A stretch of DNA of 64,000 nucleotides, taken from positions 22,349-86,348 of the IMG/VR virus record IMGVR_UViG_3300047554_000447. One strand, 5' to 3'. Source of the DNA: a virus. Below, piece after piece: positions 9,465 through 26,145 of the stretch (the first letter of the stretch is position 1; each line of letters starts with the position of its first letter). The notes below the pieces were generated by a model. That model searched no databases, was not told where the DNA came from, and saw only the letters and a list, made by a program, of their open reading frames with translations. The position numbers and the translations under genes are program-made.

Positions 9465-10055
9465 GTGAAAAATATATGGGTAGTAGGCAACGGTCAGAGT
9501 AGATCTAGCGTTGCCCTAAATCAATTAAACGGTCTCGTTATTGGTTGTAACGCAATTCATAGAGATCATATCTGTGATGAATATGTTGCTGTAGATCGTA
9601 GAATGGTCGACGAAATACTCAACAACGAATTAAATCACAACATTCCAGTTTACACTAGACCAGACTGGATAAACTATTATCAAGAAACTCCTAGCGTAAA
9701 GGAGTTGCCAAGACTTCCTTTTGATGGAACAAACAAAGCAGATCAAGCATTTCATTGGAACTCGGGACCATACGCTGTATTAGTTGCCGCAAATAAAGCA
9801 CCTGAAAACATTCATCTCGTAGGCTTCGACCTATGGAGTAAGACTAGTTTTGTCAATAACATTTATAAAAACACACAAAACTATGCGGCGCACGATTCGA
9901 GAAAAGTAAGTCCAGATTTTTGGATCTACCAATTAAAAAAATTATTTGAACACTTTGATGAAATAGAATTTATACAACATCAACAAACAGATTGGCAAAT
10001 TCCCAAGCCTTGGATGGCGATCAAGAACTTGACAATTAGATACGATATTGTATAA
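9465..10055 (+). CDS. MptE/DUF115-like (GT29-like fold) protein
   Basis: VVGNGQSR, IGCNA, AVD, NSG, LVGFD motifs; GTG start. Confidence 0.55.
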   Translation: MKNIWVVGNGQSRSSVALNQLNGLVIGCNAIHRDHICDEYVAVDRRMVDEILNNELNHNIPVYTRPDWINYYQETPSVKELPRLPFDGTNKADQAFHWNSGPYAVLVAANKAPENIHLVGFDLWSKTSFVNNIYKNTQNYAAHDSRKVSPDFWIYQLKKLFEHFDEIEFIQHQQTDWQIPKPWMAIKNLTIRYDIV

Positions 10056-10056
10056 T
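10029..10056 (+). promoter_or_regulatory. sigma70-type promoter for queD
   Basis: TTGACA-N16-TATAAT. Confidence 0.75.
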
Positions 10057-10063
10057 TACTATT

Positions 10064-10110
10064 AGAGGACTTCGACGTTCACCCCTCTTTAAATACTCTG
10101 CATGTCATCA
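10064..10110 (+). ncRNA. candidate preQ1-I-like riboswitch leader
   Basis: AGAGG/CCTCT P1, loop ending CACC, A-rich tail, located at the predicted TSS upstream of queD. Confidence 0.45.
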
Positions 10111-10139
10111 AACTTGCTACTTTTATAAGGAGACTAGAG

Positions 10140-10664
10140 ATGGCAAAATATCTTTCTACAAAAACATACGGCAATGACCGAGGTCTTAGTTGTTGCTTTA
10201 GACAATGGCGTTCGACACATAGTCATTGCTCATTACTACATGGATACTCAATCGGTATCAAACTAATTTTTGAATCAGAAACACTAGACGACCGTAACTG
10301 GGTCATGGACTTCGGTGGGCTTAAGGCATTCAAAGAGTGGAGCGAGTATATGTTCGATCATACTCTTGTAATCGCAGAAGACGATCCTCATCGAGCTATG
10401 TTCGAAAAAATGGCTGAACTTGGTCTCCAAGATCAAGGAGGTGTCTGTGATATTCGTATCGTTCCTGCTGTGGGCTGTGAGAAGTTTTCCGAACTTGCTT
10501 ATAAAGAAATGGAAACGATCTTACACATTTTCAAAACCGGCAACGACTATTATTGCCCTAATGGACAAATATTCAAAGCAAGATATCCTGTTGGTCAAGG
10601 TGTTAAACTTCGTTCAGTTGAAGTTTTTGAACACGCAGGTAATTCCGCAGTATACGAGATCTAA
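10140..10664 (+). CDS. queD: 6-carboxy-5,6,7,8-tetrahydropterin synthase (QueD/PTPS family)
   Basis: CSLLHGY, VMDFG, FDH, CE, V.E motifs; AAGGAG SD. Confidence 0.88.
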   Translation: MAKYLSTKTYGNDRGLSCCFRQWRSTHSHCSLLHGYSIGIKLIFESETLDDRNWVMDFGGLKAFKEWSEYMFDHTLVIAEDDPHRAMFEKMAELGLQDQGGVCDIRIVPAVGCEKFSELAYKEMETILHIFKTGNDYYCPNGQIFKARYPVGQGVKLRSVEVFEHAGNSAVYEI

Positions 10665-10665
10665 T

Positions 10666-10803
10666 ATGATATACATATCAATTTTAGTTCTTGTAATATA
10701 TGCTTTAATCTCTATAGACTACACAGCTCTAAAAATATATCTTGAAAAATTTGAAGAGGAATATATTTTAGAAATGCTAGCAGACTACGCAAGGACTAGA
10801 TGA
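10666..10803 (+). CDS. small membrane-anchored hypothetical protein (45 aa)
   Basis: ATG 10666, hydrophobic N-terminus, ATGA overlap with next gene. Confidence 0.5.
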   Translation: MIYISILVLVIYALISIDYTALKIYLEKFEEEYILEMLADYARTR

Positions 10804-11495
10804 ATAAGTGGATTGTTTGCCTTAAACATGGGCAGAAATATTCTGTTGATTATGTAAACAGACTCTACAACATGACTAAACGGCATTCCACTGTGCCGTT
10901 TGGTTTTGCTTGTATCACGGAGGATCCAAGCGGAATGGATCCAAACATCGTACATATACCACTACCAAATCATAAGTTATCTGGTTGGTGGTATAAACCC
11001 TGGGTTTTCAGCAAAGAGATTCCTCTGGACGGAACACTATTGTTCATGGATCTAGATTTGGTTATCATTAAGAACATTGACAACCTTTGGTCTTACAGGC
11101 CTGGAAATTTCTGTATCATACGCGACTTTAATCGCAGTAGTATCAAAGATTGGCGTAAATTCAATAGTTCAGTCTTTAGGATAGAAAAAGGACAGCACCC
11201 CCAAGTTTGGGAAAATCTGATCAAAGATCTTGATCAGACAAAACGTATGCATGGAGATCAAGATTGGATTTTCAGTCAACTGAGAAATTCTCATGTGTTT
11301 TGGCCCGAAGAATGGATTCAAAGTTATAAATGGGAAGTCCGAAACAAATCCGACGTAGTCAGAGTTGGTAACAAAAGAATCTTTAAAGATGTAGCCAATC
11401 CACCTATACACGGTGACACCAACATCCTAGTATTCCACGGCGATCCAAAACCCGAAGAAGTCCAAGATCCTGTAGTCGTTCAAAACTGGCGATAA
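10800..11495 (+). CDS. GT-A fold glycosyltransferase
   Basis: G.KY...YV..L, WW.K, FMDLD (DxD), NSSV, GDQ, FHG.PKP. Confidence 0.8.
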   Translation: MNKWIVCLKHGQKYSVDYVNRLYNMTKRHSTVPFGFACITEDPSGMDPNIVHIPLPNHKLSGWWYKPWVFSKEIPLDGTLLFMDLDLVIIKNIDNLWSYRPGNFCIIRDFNRSSIKDWRKFNSSVFRIEKGQHPQVWENLIKDLDQTKRMHGDQDWIFSQLRNSHVFWPEEWIQSYKWEVRNKSDVVRVGNKRIFKDVANPPIHGDTNILVFHGDPKPEEVQDPVVVQNWR

Positions 11496-11498
11496 CTC

Positions 11499-11527
11499 TT
11501 GACCTGCTGTCTTTGTTATGCTATAAT
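11499..11527 (+). promoter_or_regulatory. sigma70-type promoter, extended -10, leaderless
   Basis: TTGACC-N17-TATAAT with TGn; ATG 5 nt downstream. Confidence 0.8.
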
Positions 11528-11532
11528 AAGGT

Positions 11533-12150
11533 ATGAACTACGGTCACTATCCAATTTTCCCAACGCTAGTTAGTTGTTTCGATCTCAGCGATCATCCGGC
11601 GTTGCCTAGCGTAGTGGACATTATCGAAAATGGAGATCACAGTCTTCGACCTCACGGATTACTTAATAATGGTCTCAGCAGTATTGGAAATACCGATTTC
11701 CTTGCATCGGCTGAATTAAAGGATATTAAAAGTGCTATTCAAGACGCTGTTAATATCTATACACAAGAAGCTGGTCTAGAATCCTGCACCGTGGCTCACA
11801 GCTGGTTTAATATTTTACATTCAGGGCATGAGGTAAAGCCCCATCGACACGAAGGTAGCGTAGTCAGCGGAGCATTTTATCCTTTTGTAGAAGAAGGTAG
11901 CGTGGGATTAAATTTTGAAAGTCCGTTGAAACCTGTAAAGATGAATGATATCGCAGAAAAGCAAACACAGTATACGTCTTATACTAGTACTATTCAAGTT
12001 AAGTCGGGTCTGTTGATTATTTTTCCTAGCTGGTTAATCCATTATACAGAACAAAATCAAACTTCAAAAAGATTCACCATTAGCTTTAACACTATTAGAA
12101 ATTCACTAAGAGACAATATCATTAAACTTTCTAAGGAAATCGATGACTAA
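11533..12150 (+). CDS. 2OG-Fe(II) oxygenase (TIGR02466-like)
   Basis: SWFN, HRH, VSG.FY, FPSWL.H, R.TISFN. Confidence 0.85.
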   Translation: MNYGHYPIFPTLVSCFDLSDHPALPSVVDIIENGDHSLRPHGLLNNGLSSIGNTDFLASAELKDIKSAIQDAVNIYTQEAGLESCTVAHSWFNILHSGHEVKPHRHEGSVVSGAFYPFVEEGSVGLNFESPLKPVKMNDIAEKQTQYTSYTSTIQVKSGLLIIFPSWLIHYTEQNQTSKRFTISFNTIRNSLRDNIIKLSKEIDD

Positions 12151-13159
12151 AAAAATTGGCTTTGCCTGCAAGTGGATTGACGAACCGAGACAGGTAGACG
12201 GCATTCGGCCCAAGGATCCTGCTAAGGTTTACAATACGGGTGCTACAACTGTGGCTTGGCTTAATCGTCAGACTCAAGATGTAGCAGAAGATAAACTGTG
12301 GAGCCTAATGGAACAAAACATTGAGGCTACTAGAAAATTAGTTGAAAAGGTAGGGGGATTAAATGAACATCTTAGAATGGTACGTATCAGTTCTGATATC
12401 CTACCAGTTTACACTGAGCCTTCTTGGTGTTATTTTTGGCGTAAGCCTGACGTTAGGAATTATCTCGAAAAACACTTTAGTGAGGTTGGCAGGGTGGCTA
12501 GGAGTAGTGATGTCCGTTTATCTTTTCATCCCGGCCAGTTTACAGTTTTGGCAAGTGATAATGCAGACATTGTTACTCGGAGTATCGACGAATTTGAATA
12601 TCACGTAGATATGGCTCGATGGATGGGCTACGGACAGAAGTTTCAAGATATGAAGATTAATGTTCATATTGCCGGTCGACAAGGTCCAGACGGCATCAGA
12701 CGTGCATATCAACGACTAAGTCCAGAAGCACGTAACACACTAACTATCGAAAATGAAGAAATTACACATAATCTTGACACCTGCTTGGAACTTGCTGATC
12801 TCGTTCCGATTGTACTTGACATACACCATCACTGGATTAATTCCGGAGAGTATATTGATCCCGCTGATAGCCGTGTTAAGAAGGTTATTGATTCTTGGCG
12901 TGGTGTTCGTCCTACTTGCCACTTTAGTGTTTCACGGGAAGAATATTTTGATGGCCATTCCGGACACCAGCGCCCCGATCTTCGGACGCTACTAGAATCA
13001 GGACACAAAAAAGCAAAACTCAGAGCACATTCTGATTTCTACTGGAATACAGCAGTTAACGAATGGGCGCTGAGTTTTTGGGATAACTTTGATATCATGT
13101 GCGAAAGCAAGGCTAAGAATCTAGCCAGCTTCACACTCTTCGAACAATCTAAAAAATAA
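12143..13159 (+). CDS. uvsE: UV-damage endonuclease UvsE/UvdE
   Basis: IGFACK, RISSD, HPGQF, N.H, IEN, LDIHHH, AHSD, ESKAK. Confidence 0.92.
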   Translation: MTKKIGFACKWIDEPRQVDGIRPKDPAKVYNTGATTVAWLNRQTQDVAEDKLWSLMEQNIEATRKLVEKVGGLNEHLRMVRISSDILPVYTEPSWCYFWRKPDVRNYLEKHFSEVGRVARSSDVRLSFHPGQFTVLASDNADIVTRSIDEFEYHVDMARWMGYGQKFQDMKINVHIAGRQGPDGIRRAYQRLSPEARNTLTIENEEITHNLDTCLELADLVPIVLDIHHHWINSGEYIDPADSRVKKVIDSWRGVRPTCHFSVSREEYFDGHSGHQRPDLRTLLESGHKKAKLRAHSDFYWNTAVNEWALSFWDNFDIMCESKAKNLASFTLFEQSKK

Positions 13160-13163
13160 TAAA

Positions 13164-13421
13164 TTATTCAGCTGTTGAAGTTTTAGCTTTAGGTTTACGA
13201 CCGCCCTTTTTTGCTCCGCCAGCCGCTGGCTTTTTACCTTGTGGCTTTTTTGCAGGCTTAGGTTTTGGTTCTTCGATTGGAAGAGCCACTGCCGGTGCAG
13301 TTTCAACAACGGGTGGTTGTTCTACTTTAGCTTCGGGTGTAGTTTCAACCTTATATGGGCATTCCTCTTTAACAGGTTCTGCTGGTTTGCCCACAAAGAA
13401 TTCTTTAATTGCTTTGAACAT
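13164..13421 (-). CDS. Lys/Pro-rich hypothetical protein
   Basis: AGGAGG SD and TATAAATA late box (13442-13449, minus strand). Confidence 0.75.
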   Translation of the reverse strand: MFKAIKEFFVGKPAEPVKEECPYKVETTPEAKVEQPPVVETAPAVALPIEEPKPKPAKKPQGKKPAAGGAKKGGRKPKAKTSTAE

Positions 13422-13441
13422 AATGTTCCTCCTTGTGAAAT

Positions 13442-13457
13442 TATTTATAACTAAATA
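13442..13457. promoter_or_regulatory. back-to-back late promoters
   Basis: TATAAATA on minus (13442-13449), TAAATA on plus (13452-13457). Confidence 0.7.
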
Positions 13458-13462
13458 TTACT

Positions 13463-14029
13463 ATGGCTTATAATTTCATCAAAAACGTTATCCTAAACGA
13501 AAATACACCTAGTAAAAAATTAGAATTACTGCCTTTACCTTACAGTAAAGGCGACTTAGAGCCTGCGATTTCTGAAGAAACTATCAATTATCATTATAGC
13601 AAACTAGCCAAAGCATATGTTGATCGTTATAATGATCGAGAAGGCGACCTAGACTTCAATGAAGCGGGTGCGTTTTTACACAATTTGTTGTTCCCTCAAT
13701 ATAAAAAAGCAGAGGGAAAAAACGATCCTGATGGATCTGCCGGGGAATTCATTATCAAGAAATATAAAACTTTTGAAAAATTTAAAGAAGAATTTTCAAA
13801 GGTAGCCATGGGTATACAAGGCAGTGGATGGGTGTACTTGGCTAAGAACGGCGAGATTAAAACCATTAAAAATCACCAGATTAAAAATGATATAATTCTA
13901 CTTATTGATTGGTGGGAACATGCATGGGCCTTAGACTATCAATCAGATAAGAAAAAGTATCTAGAAAATCAGTGGAAGATTATTAACTGGAACGTGATTA
14001 GTTCTAGGGTCGGGCTTACAAGCGACTGA
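13463..14029 (+). CDS. sod: Fe/Mn superoxide dismutase
   Basis: LPLPY...LEP.IS, YHY, LHN, GSGWV, DWWEHA; all four metal ligands present. Confidence 0.9.
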   Translation: MAYNFIKNVILNENTPSKKLELLPLPYSKGDLEPAISEETINYHYSKLAKAYVDRYNDREGDLDFNEAGAFLHNLLFPQYKKAEGKNDPDGSAGEFIIKKYKTFEKFKEEFSKVAMGIQGSGWVYLAKNGEIKTIKNHQIKNDIILLIDWWEHAWALDYQSDKKKYLENQWKIINWNVISSRVGLTSD

Positions 14030-14303
14030 TATCCGCAGTACTAGATACTGGCATATCCCAAATAGTGCGCCGCTCGGCGCCTTTTTTTTGAGCAAATCTT
14101 TTCGCATCACAGTTATCGCAACAGTGAAAATAATTATTACTGAGTCGCTTTGGATCCATAGATCCTTTTAACCTTTTAAAAAATTCCCCGCAGTTGTCGC
14201 AACGAAATATCGCATAAGTGCGATATCTAGAATAAGCATGCTCGTGACCTAGCTTACTTGTTCTAGTGTATTTGTGTAGATCTTGCTCTGTTTTGATGAA
14301 CAT
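14016..14303 (-). CDS. small Zn-finger-like protein
   Basis: CDNC...CCDNC; TAAATA 4 nt upstream on minus strand. Confidence 0.7.
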   Translation of the reverse strand: MFIKTEQDLHKYTRTSKLGHEHAYSRYRTYAIFRCDNCGEFFKRLKGSMDPKRLSNNYFHCCDNCDAKRFAQKKGAERRTIWDMPVSSTADISRL

Positions 14304-14340
14304 ATTGTATTTACATTAAGGTTATAAAATTAAAAGGTAA

Positions 14341-21753
<7,413 letters not shown>

Positions 21754-21765
21754 TCGGAGCGTGTA

Positions 21766-24498
21766 ATGTCACAACAATTAATTAATATAGGTACAGCAGA
21801 TCAAGGTAACGGCGACCCTATTCGCACAGCATTTAACAAAGTAAATGAAAACTTTACTGAGCTGTTTGAACAAGTGTCGGCTAGCGTAGTAGTAGATACT
21901 ACACCTCCGGCAGCACCTAGTGAAGGAAACCTATGGTGGGATCCCGAAGGCGGTAGACTTTATATTTCATATGATTCTAATTGGATCGATGCTAGTCCAG
22001 TTGATGGTGTTGGCATTAGTTCAACTAATGAATTAGTTAATGGTGCTTACACAGTTAGCCTAGGTAGTAATGGAACTGTAACTTTTCCAGATTTGCTCAC
22101 TATTGCTAACAGCGTTATTGGAAAATCAAGTTCAGTTACAGTTACTGAAGAAACCACAGACGGAACTATTAGTCAGACTACAACTACAGAATCACAGATT
22201 GAAATAGAAGCCGAAAGTATTGTTATTGCAAAAAGAGTTAGGCAGGTCACAGATGACACAGTTGTTGTTACCACTGACGAAGCAGGTTCTTCTGTAACAG
22301 TAAACAACTCGGGCGTCTTTATTAAGAAGTATGCGGAACCTGACGGTCCTAATAATACTTCCTACTTTCAAGTCAGAACAAACAACGGTGCTATATTAGA
22401 AGCCGTTGAAGAAAATGTTGCTGACGAAACCTACGGTAGGGTCATCGCCGCACAGGGCGTAGTTGAAATCGCTACCAGAGCAGATGGCGTTGAAAAGAAT
22501 TGGGGATTTAGCTATGACGGTACTATGGTCGTTCCAACTAACAGTACCGTCCTAGGAACAAATGATCTTACTATTAGAACTGAAAGTGATGGGAATTCGG
22601 GTCTGTTCCTTAACAGTAGTCCGTTAGTTGGCACAGCAGTCCTATATGCTACCAATAATGCTATAATCACTGCTGACTACGATGGCAATCGCAAAGATTG
22701 GAACTTTGACAAGTCGGGAACAATAACAGTTCCATTACTACTGCCAAAGATATTTACAGCAGTACTGGATGAAGAACATATGGTTGTGCCTATTACGCTT
22801 GAGGGAGATCCTTGGCAGTATGGTGTAGAGTTTGCTGTAAACCCAGACGGGTCTGTACAAACACAAATGGATGATCCTAATCCTACTGTAGATCCTGGAT
22901 ATGTACAAGGTTCTGTTTTTAGATTCACTGAAGCGGATCACGGCATTCCCGGTTACACATTTGACATAACACTTAATTTTACTTTTGACGAAGAAGCTGA
23001 AGTATTTGTTACTAATCCATCAGTTACTGCACCTCCGGAGTATCCCGCAACTGTAGAATCACCGGGTGCTATTAAACTTAGTGCAACTGGGTCAACTGTT
23101 GTTCCTGGACAGCAAATTATAGCTAGTGACGCACAAGGTGGTATTACCAATGATTATATAACTGTGTGGGTAGAAGGCGGTGGCACAAACTATCCCGAGA
23201 TAGTTGCAGTACAGCCTGGCTGGACTGTAGTAGGCGAAGGACTTAACTATGTAAGCGTCACCAATGCAGAACTGATTACTCAATTTCCAGGTTCTGTTAT
23301 ATATAGAATAACCACTGCCATTTCTAGTGCAAAAATGGGATATGAATATACCTTTATTGAGCCCGACAGTTCAGAACCAGATCTACAAAATTGGGTATTT
23401 GGCACAGATGGTCAACTAACCGTTCCTGGTGCAATCTTTAGAGATGGCGGATTGTATATGAACAGTAGCGGGTCTACAACTGCCGCATCTGTTTTTGTAA
23501 GCGGTAATTCTGGTGGTGTAATTCTAAGAACAGCAGATAACGCCCAACAAGTCAGTTACGACTTAACATTAGATGTCAACGGCGAAACATCATTTCCAGG
23601 TAGATTGAATTTTTCAGATGGGTCTACACTTGGTGACAACATACTAACAGGTGCTGTTGACAGTGATCTAGGACTAGAAATCAAGCGTATGGTTACAGTT
23701 TCTGGTGCACATATGGGACCAAATAGTCCAGACGTATTACTAGTGGATATAACAGAAGATGATGACATCACGATAGTACAGGCGGGTTGGGAATTAAATA
23801 CTGGTTCAGAAATTGCACCAATTTGGTTACCTGTAGAAACTGTTAGCCGTAATGAAAACATTTACTATTTGATAGCAGTCTCTGGTGTTACGTTTGAAAC
23901 TGGTGTTACCTATACCTTTAGAAATCCTGTACCAGAGTCACAAACATGGTTCATCAGAAATCAAACTGGTGGACTAGTGGCGCCAGGCGGTGCTATCATT
24001 ACTAACGAAACAGCACCATTAGGCGGTGGTGGTACTTACAGAGAGTTAGCTATTGAACTGCCTACACCAGACGAATTAAATGAACACCGCTGGGTGTTTG
24101 ACAATGACGGTGACTTTACTACTCCAGGTAACATTACAGTAACAGGAGGACTATTCACAACCTACGGTGTTGTAGTTGATGTTGCTGTTAATGCTGACAA
24201 CTATCTTGGCCTACACGCTAATCCTAATGCCGGAGTACTGGTAAGATCGTCTGATACAGAGTTAAACTACTCAGATTGGAAATTTGAGGTAGGCGGCAGT
24301 GTAACATTCCCAGACACAAGTGTACAAACAACAGCATATCCTGGCACACTGGCCGCGGCAAGACTTCCGTATTATGATAATACCGAGGCAAGAGATACAG
24401 CGATCACTAGTCCAGAGAACGGCATGATAGTCATAGTCGGTGGTGATGTGTATTTCTACGGTGCGGCACAGTGGCGTCAACTCACAGTAGCGGCTTAA
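21766..24498 (+). CDS. tail fibre-like protein
   Basis: same N-terminal motif, repeated W.F..DG.L..P linkers. Confidence 0.8.
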   Translation: MSQQLINIGTADQGNGDPIRTAFNKVNENFTELFEQVSASVVVDTTPPAAPSEGNLWWDPEGGRLYISYDSNWIDASPVDGVGISSTNELVNGAYTVSLGSNGTVTFPDLLTIANSVIGKSSSVTVTEETTDGTISQTTTTESQIEIEAESIVIAKRVRQVTDDTVVVTTDEAGSSVTVNNSGVFIKKYAEPDGPNNTSYFQVRTNNGAILEAVEENVADETYGRVIAAQGVVEIATRADGVEKNWGFSYDGTMVVPTNSTVLGTNDLTIRTESDGNSGLFLNSSPLVGTAVLYATNNAIITADYDGNRKDWNFDKSGTITVPLLLPKIFTAVLDEEHMVVPITLEGDPWQYGVEFAVNPDGSVQTQMDDPNPTVDPGYVQGSVFRFTEADHGIPGYTFDITLNFTFDEEAEVFVTNPSVTAPPEYPATVESPGAIKLSATGSTVVPGQQIIASDAQGGITNDYITVWVEGGGTNYPEIVAVQPGWTVVGEGLNYVSVTNAELITQFPGSVIYRITTAISSAKMGYEYTFIEPDSSEPDLQNWVFGTDGQLTVPGAIFRDGGLYMNSSGSTTAASVFVSGNSGGVILRTADNAQQVSYDLTLDVNGETSFPGRLNFSDGSTLGDNILTGAVDSDLGLEIKRMVTVSGAHMGPNSPDVLLVDITEDDDITIVQAGWELNTGSEIAPIWLPVETVSRNENIYYLIAVSGVTFETGVTYTFRNPVPESQTWFIRNQTGGLVAPGGAIITNETAPLGGGGTYRELAIELPTPDELNEHRWVFDNDGDFTTPGNITVTGGLFTTYGVVVDVAVNADNYLGLHANPNAGVLVRSSDTELNYSDWKFEVGGSVTFPDTSVQTTAYPGTLAAARLPYYDNTEARDTAITSPENGMIVIVGGDVYFYGAAQWRQLTVAA

Positions 24499-24528
24499 CC
24501 AATAAATATAAGATACGGAGCAAATTAA

Positions 24529-26130
24529 ATGACAGTACTAACATTTCCAAGTAATCCAACAGAGGGTCAGATATATGATGCTCCAAATGGAATACAATAC
24601 GTCTACGATGGCGTTAAGTGGGCAGGAGAAACCACAACTTCTTCGTCTGTAGCAGTTACAGGTGCCACGCAAGATCGCGTTGCTCCTATGTTTGTTAACG
24701 GTAACAACAATGGAATTACTTTTACATACGATGACGTTACAAACACAATGACTGCAACTGTTACTTCAACAGTTGGAGATACATTATCAAATAACAGTCA
24801 CGAGTTTACTTTAGAAAGTGACGGTACTCTAACATTAGACGGCGAACCGTTTGCTATTCCGGACGTTAGTAACTTTATCACAAGTTCGGCATTAACTGGC
24901 TATGCAACAGAAAATTATGTAACTACTAGAGGATACATTACTAGCAACGGATTGCCAAGTCAAACAAATAATAGTGGAAAATATCTAACCACCGACGGAA
25001 CGACTTTAAGTTGGGGTACTGTTGCTAGTGGAACTACTGATAGTTTAACTAACGGTTCTAATCAAGTTGTACTTGAAGCAGACGGTAGTATCACATTCCC
25101 AACACTGACAACTACTAACTGGAACGACAACGAAAACGATGTAAGTGGCCCTACACTAAAATTAGGTAACGATCCTACAAGTCAAGTTGTTATTACAGGA
25201 CCTACACCTAACAGCGATAATGCTAGTGCCCAACGATTAGTCATACAAGGCCAACAGGGCTATGGCGGTGAAAACAATACCAAAGGCGAAGGTGGCGACG
25301 TTTATATCTGGGCAGGGTCAGGCGGCGATGGCGGAGCTATTGATCCGCGAGGCAATGGCGGTGACGTTAAACTTCGTGGCGGACTAGGTGGTAACGAGGG
25401 TGGATACATTCGCATAGAATCAGGTGATGCTCAAGCAGACAGTGGCTACGGTGGATTCCTAGATCTCAACGCAGGCAATGCTGGTGCTACAGGCGGCACT
25501 GGTGGCAATGTTAATATTAATGCTGGCGGCGGCAACGCACTCGGCGGTAATGTTAATATTAATGCCGGTCAAGGAGATACTAACACTGGCGGTACCATCA
25601 ACATCAGTGGTGGCTACGGTAGTGTTACTGGTGGCAATGTTGAAATCGTTGCAGGCGGTGGCACAACTTCAGGTAATGTTTCTGTATCCACAGGTAACGG
25701 TGGCTGGGTATTTAAGCAGGATGGCTCATTTAGCCTTAACTACGATGAAGTACACATTGCCACTAACAACTGGGGCATAGGAGTAGGCGGCGGAACTGGA
25801 GCAACTGGCGTAGTTTATACGGCTAAGAATTCAGATCTTTCCAGCATTAGAGTTCATGCTACTATTGAAGGTGATGAAGACGGTGATGCTACTGGATTTC
25901 ACATACAGGCCTGTGACATGATGATTGTTAGAAGAATATCAAATACTAATGTTAATACTGTTGACTCTGTGGTATACGGTGTTATCTACACTGGCGCAGG
26001 TCCGTTGGCCTCATTAGACGCACAATGGAACAGTGTATCAAATAAGATTGAAATTACAGCAACCCCAACTAGCACAACCAACAATGTGTATGTAAAAATA
26101 TATGCTACAGAAGTAGCCCGTGGCGATTAA
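24529..26130 (+). CDS. tail fibre-like glycine-rich protein
   Basis: FPSNP..GQ N-terminus, LPSQT.NSGKYLTTDGT.LSW motif, GG.V.I.AG repeats; late box 24503-24508. Confidence 0.8.
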   Translation: MTVLTFPSNPTEGQIYDAPNGIQYVYDGVKWAGETTTSSSVAVTGATQDRVAPMFVNGNNNGITFTYDDVTNTMTATVTSTVGDTLSNNSHEFTLESDGTLTLDGEPFAIPDVSNFITSSALTGYATENYVTTRGYITSNGLPSQTNNSGKYLTTDGTTLSWGTVASGTTDSLTNGSNQVVLEADGSITFPTLTTTNWNDNENDVSGPTLKLGNDPTSQVVITGPTPNSDNASAQRLVIQGQQGYGGENNTKGEGGDVYIWAGSGGDGGAIDPRGNGGDVKLRGGLGGNEGGYIRIESGDAQADSGYGGFLDLNAGNAGATGGTGGNVNINAGGGNALGGNVNINAGQGDTNTGGTINISGGYGSVTGGNVEIVAGGGTTSGNVSVSTGNGGWVFKQDGSFSLNYDEVHIATNNWGIGVGGGTGATGVVYTAKNSDLSSIRVHATIEGDEDGDATGFHIQACDMMIVRRISNTNVNTVDSVVYGVIYTGAGPLASLDAQWNSVSNKIEITATPTSTTNNVYVKIYATEVARGD

Positions 26131-26145
26131 AAGGAATAATATAAC

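Noticed and set aside
25501-25640. CRISPR-like spaced repeats (GGCAATGTTAATATTAATGC)
   Set aside because: These are degenerate in-frame codon repeats encoding GG.V.I.AG in a fibre, with no unique spacers and no cas genes.
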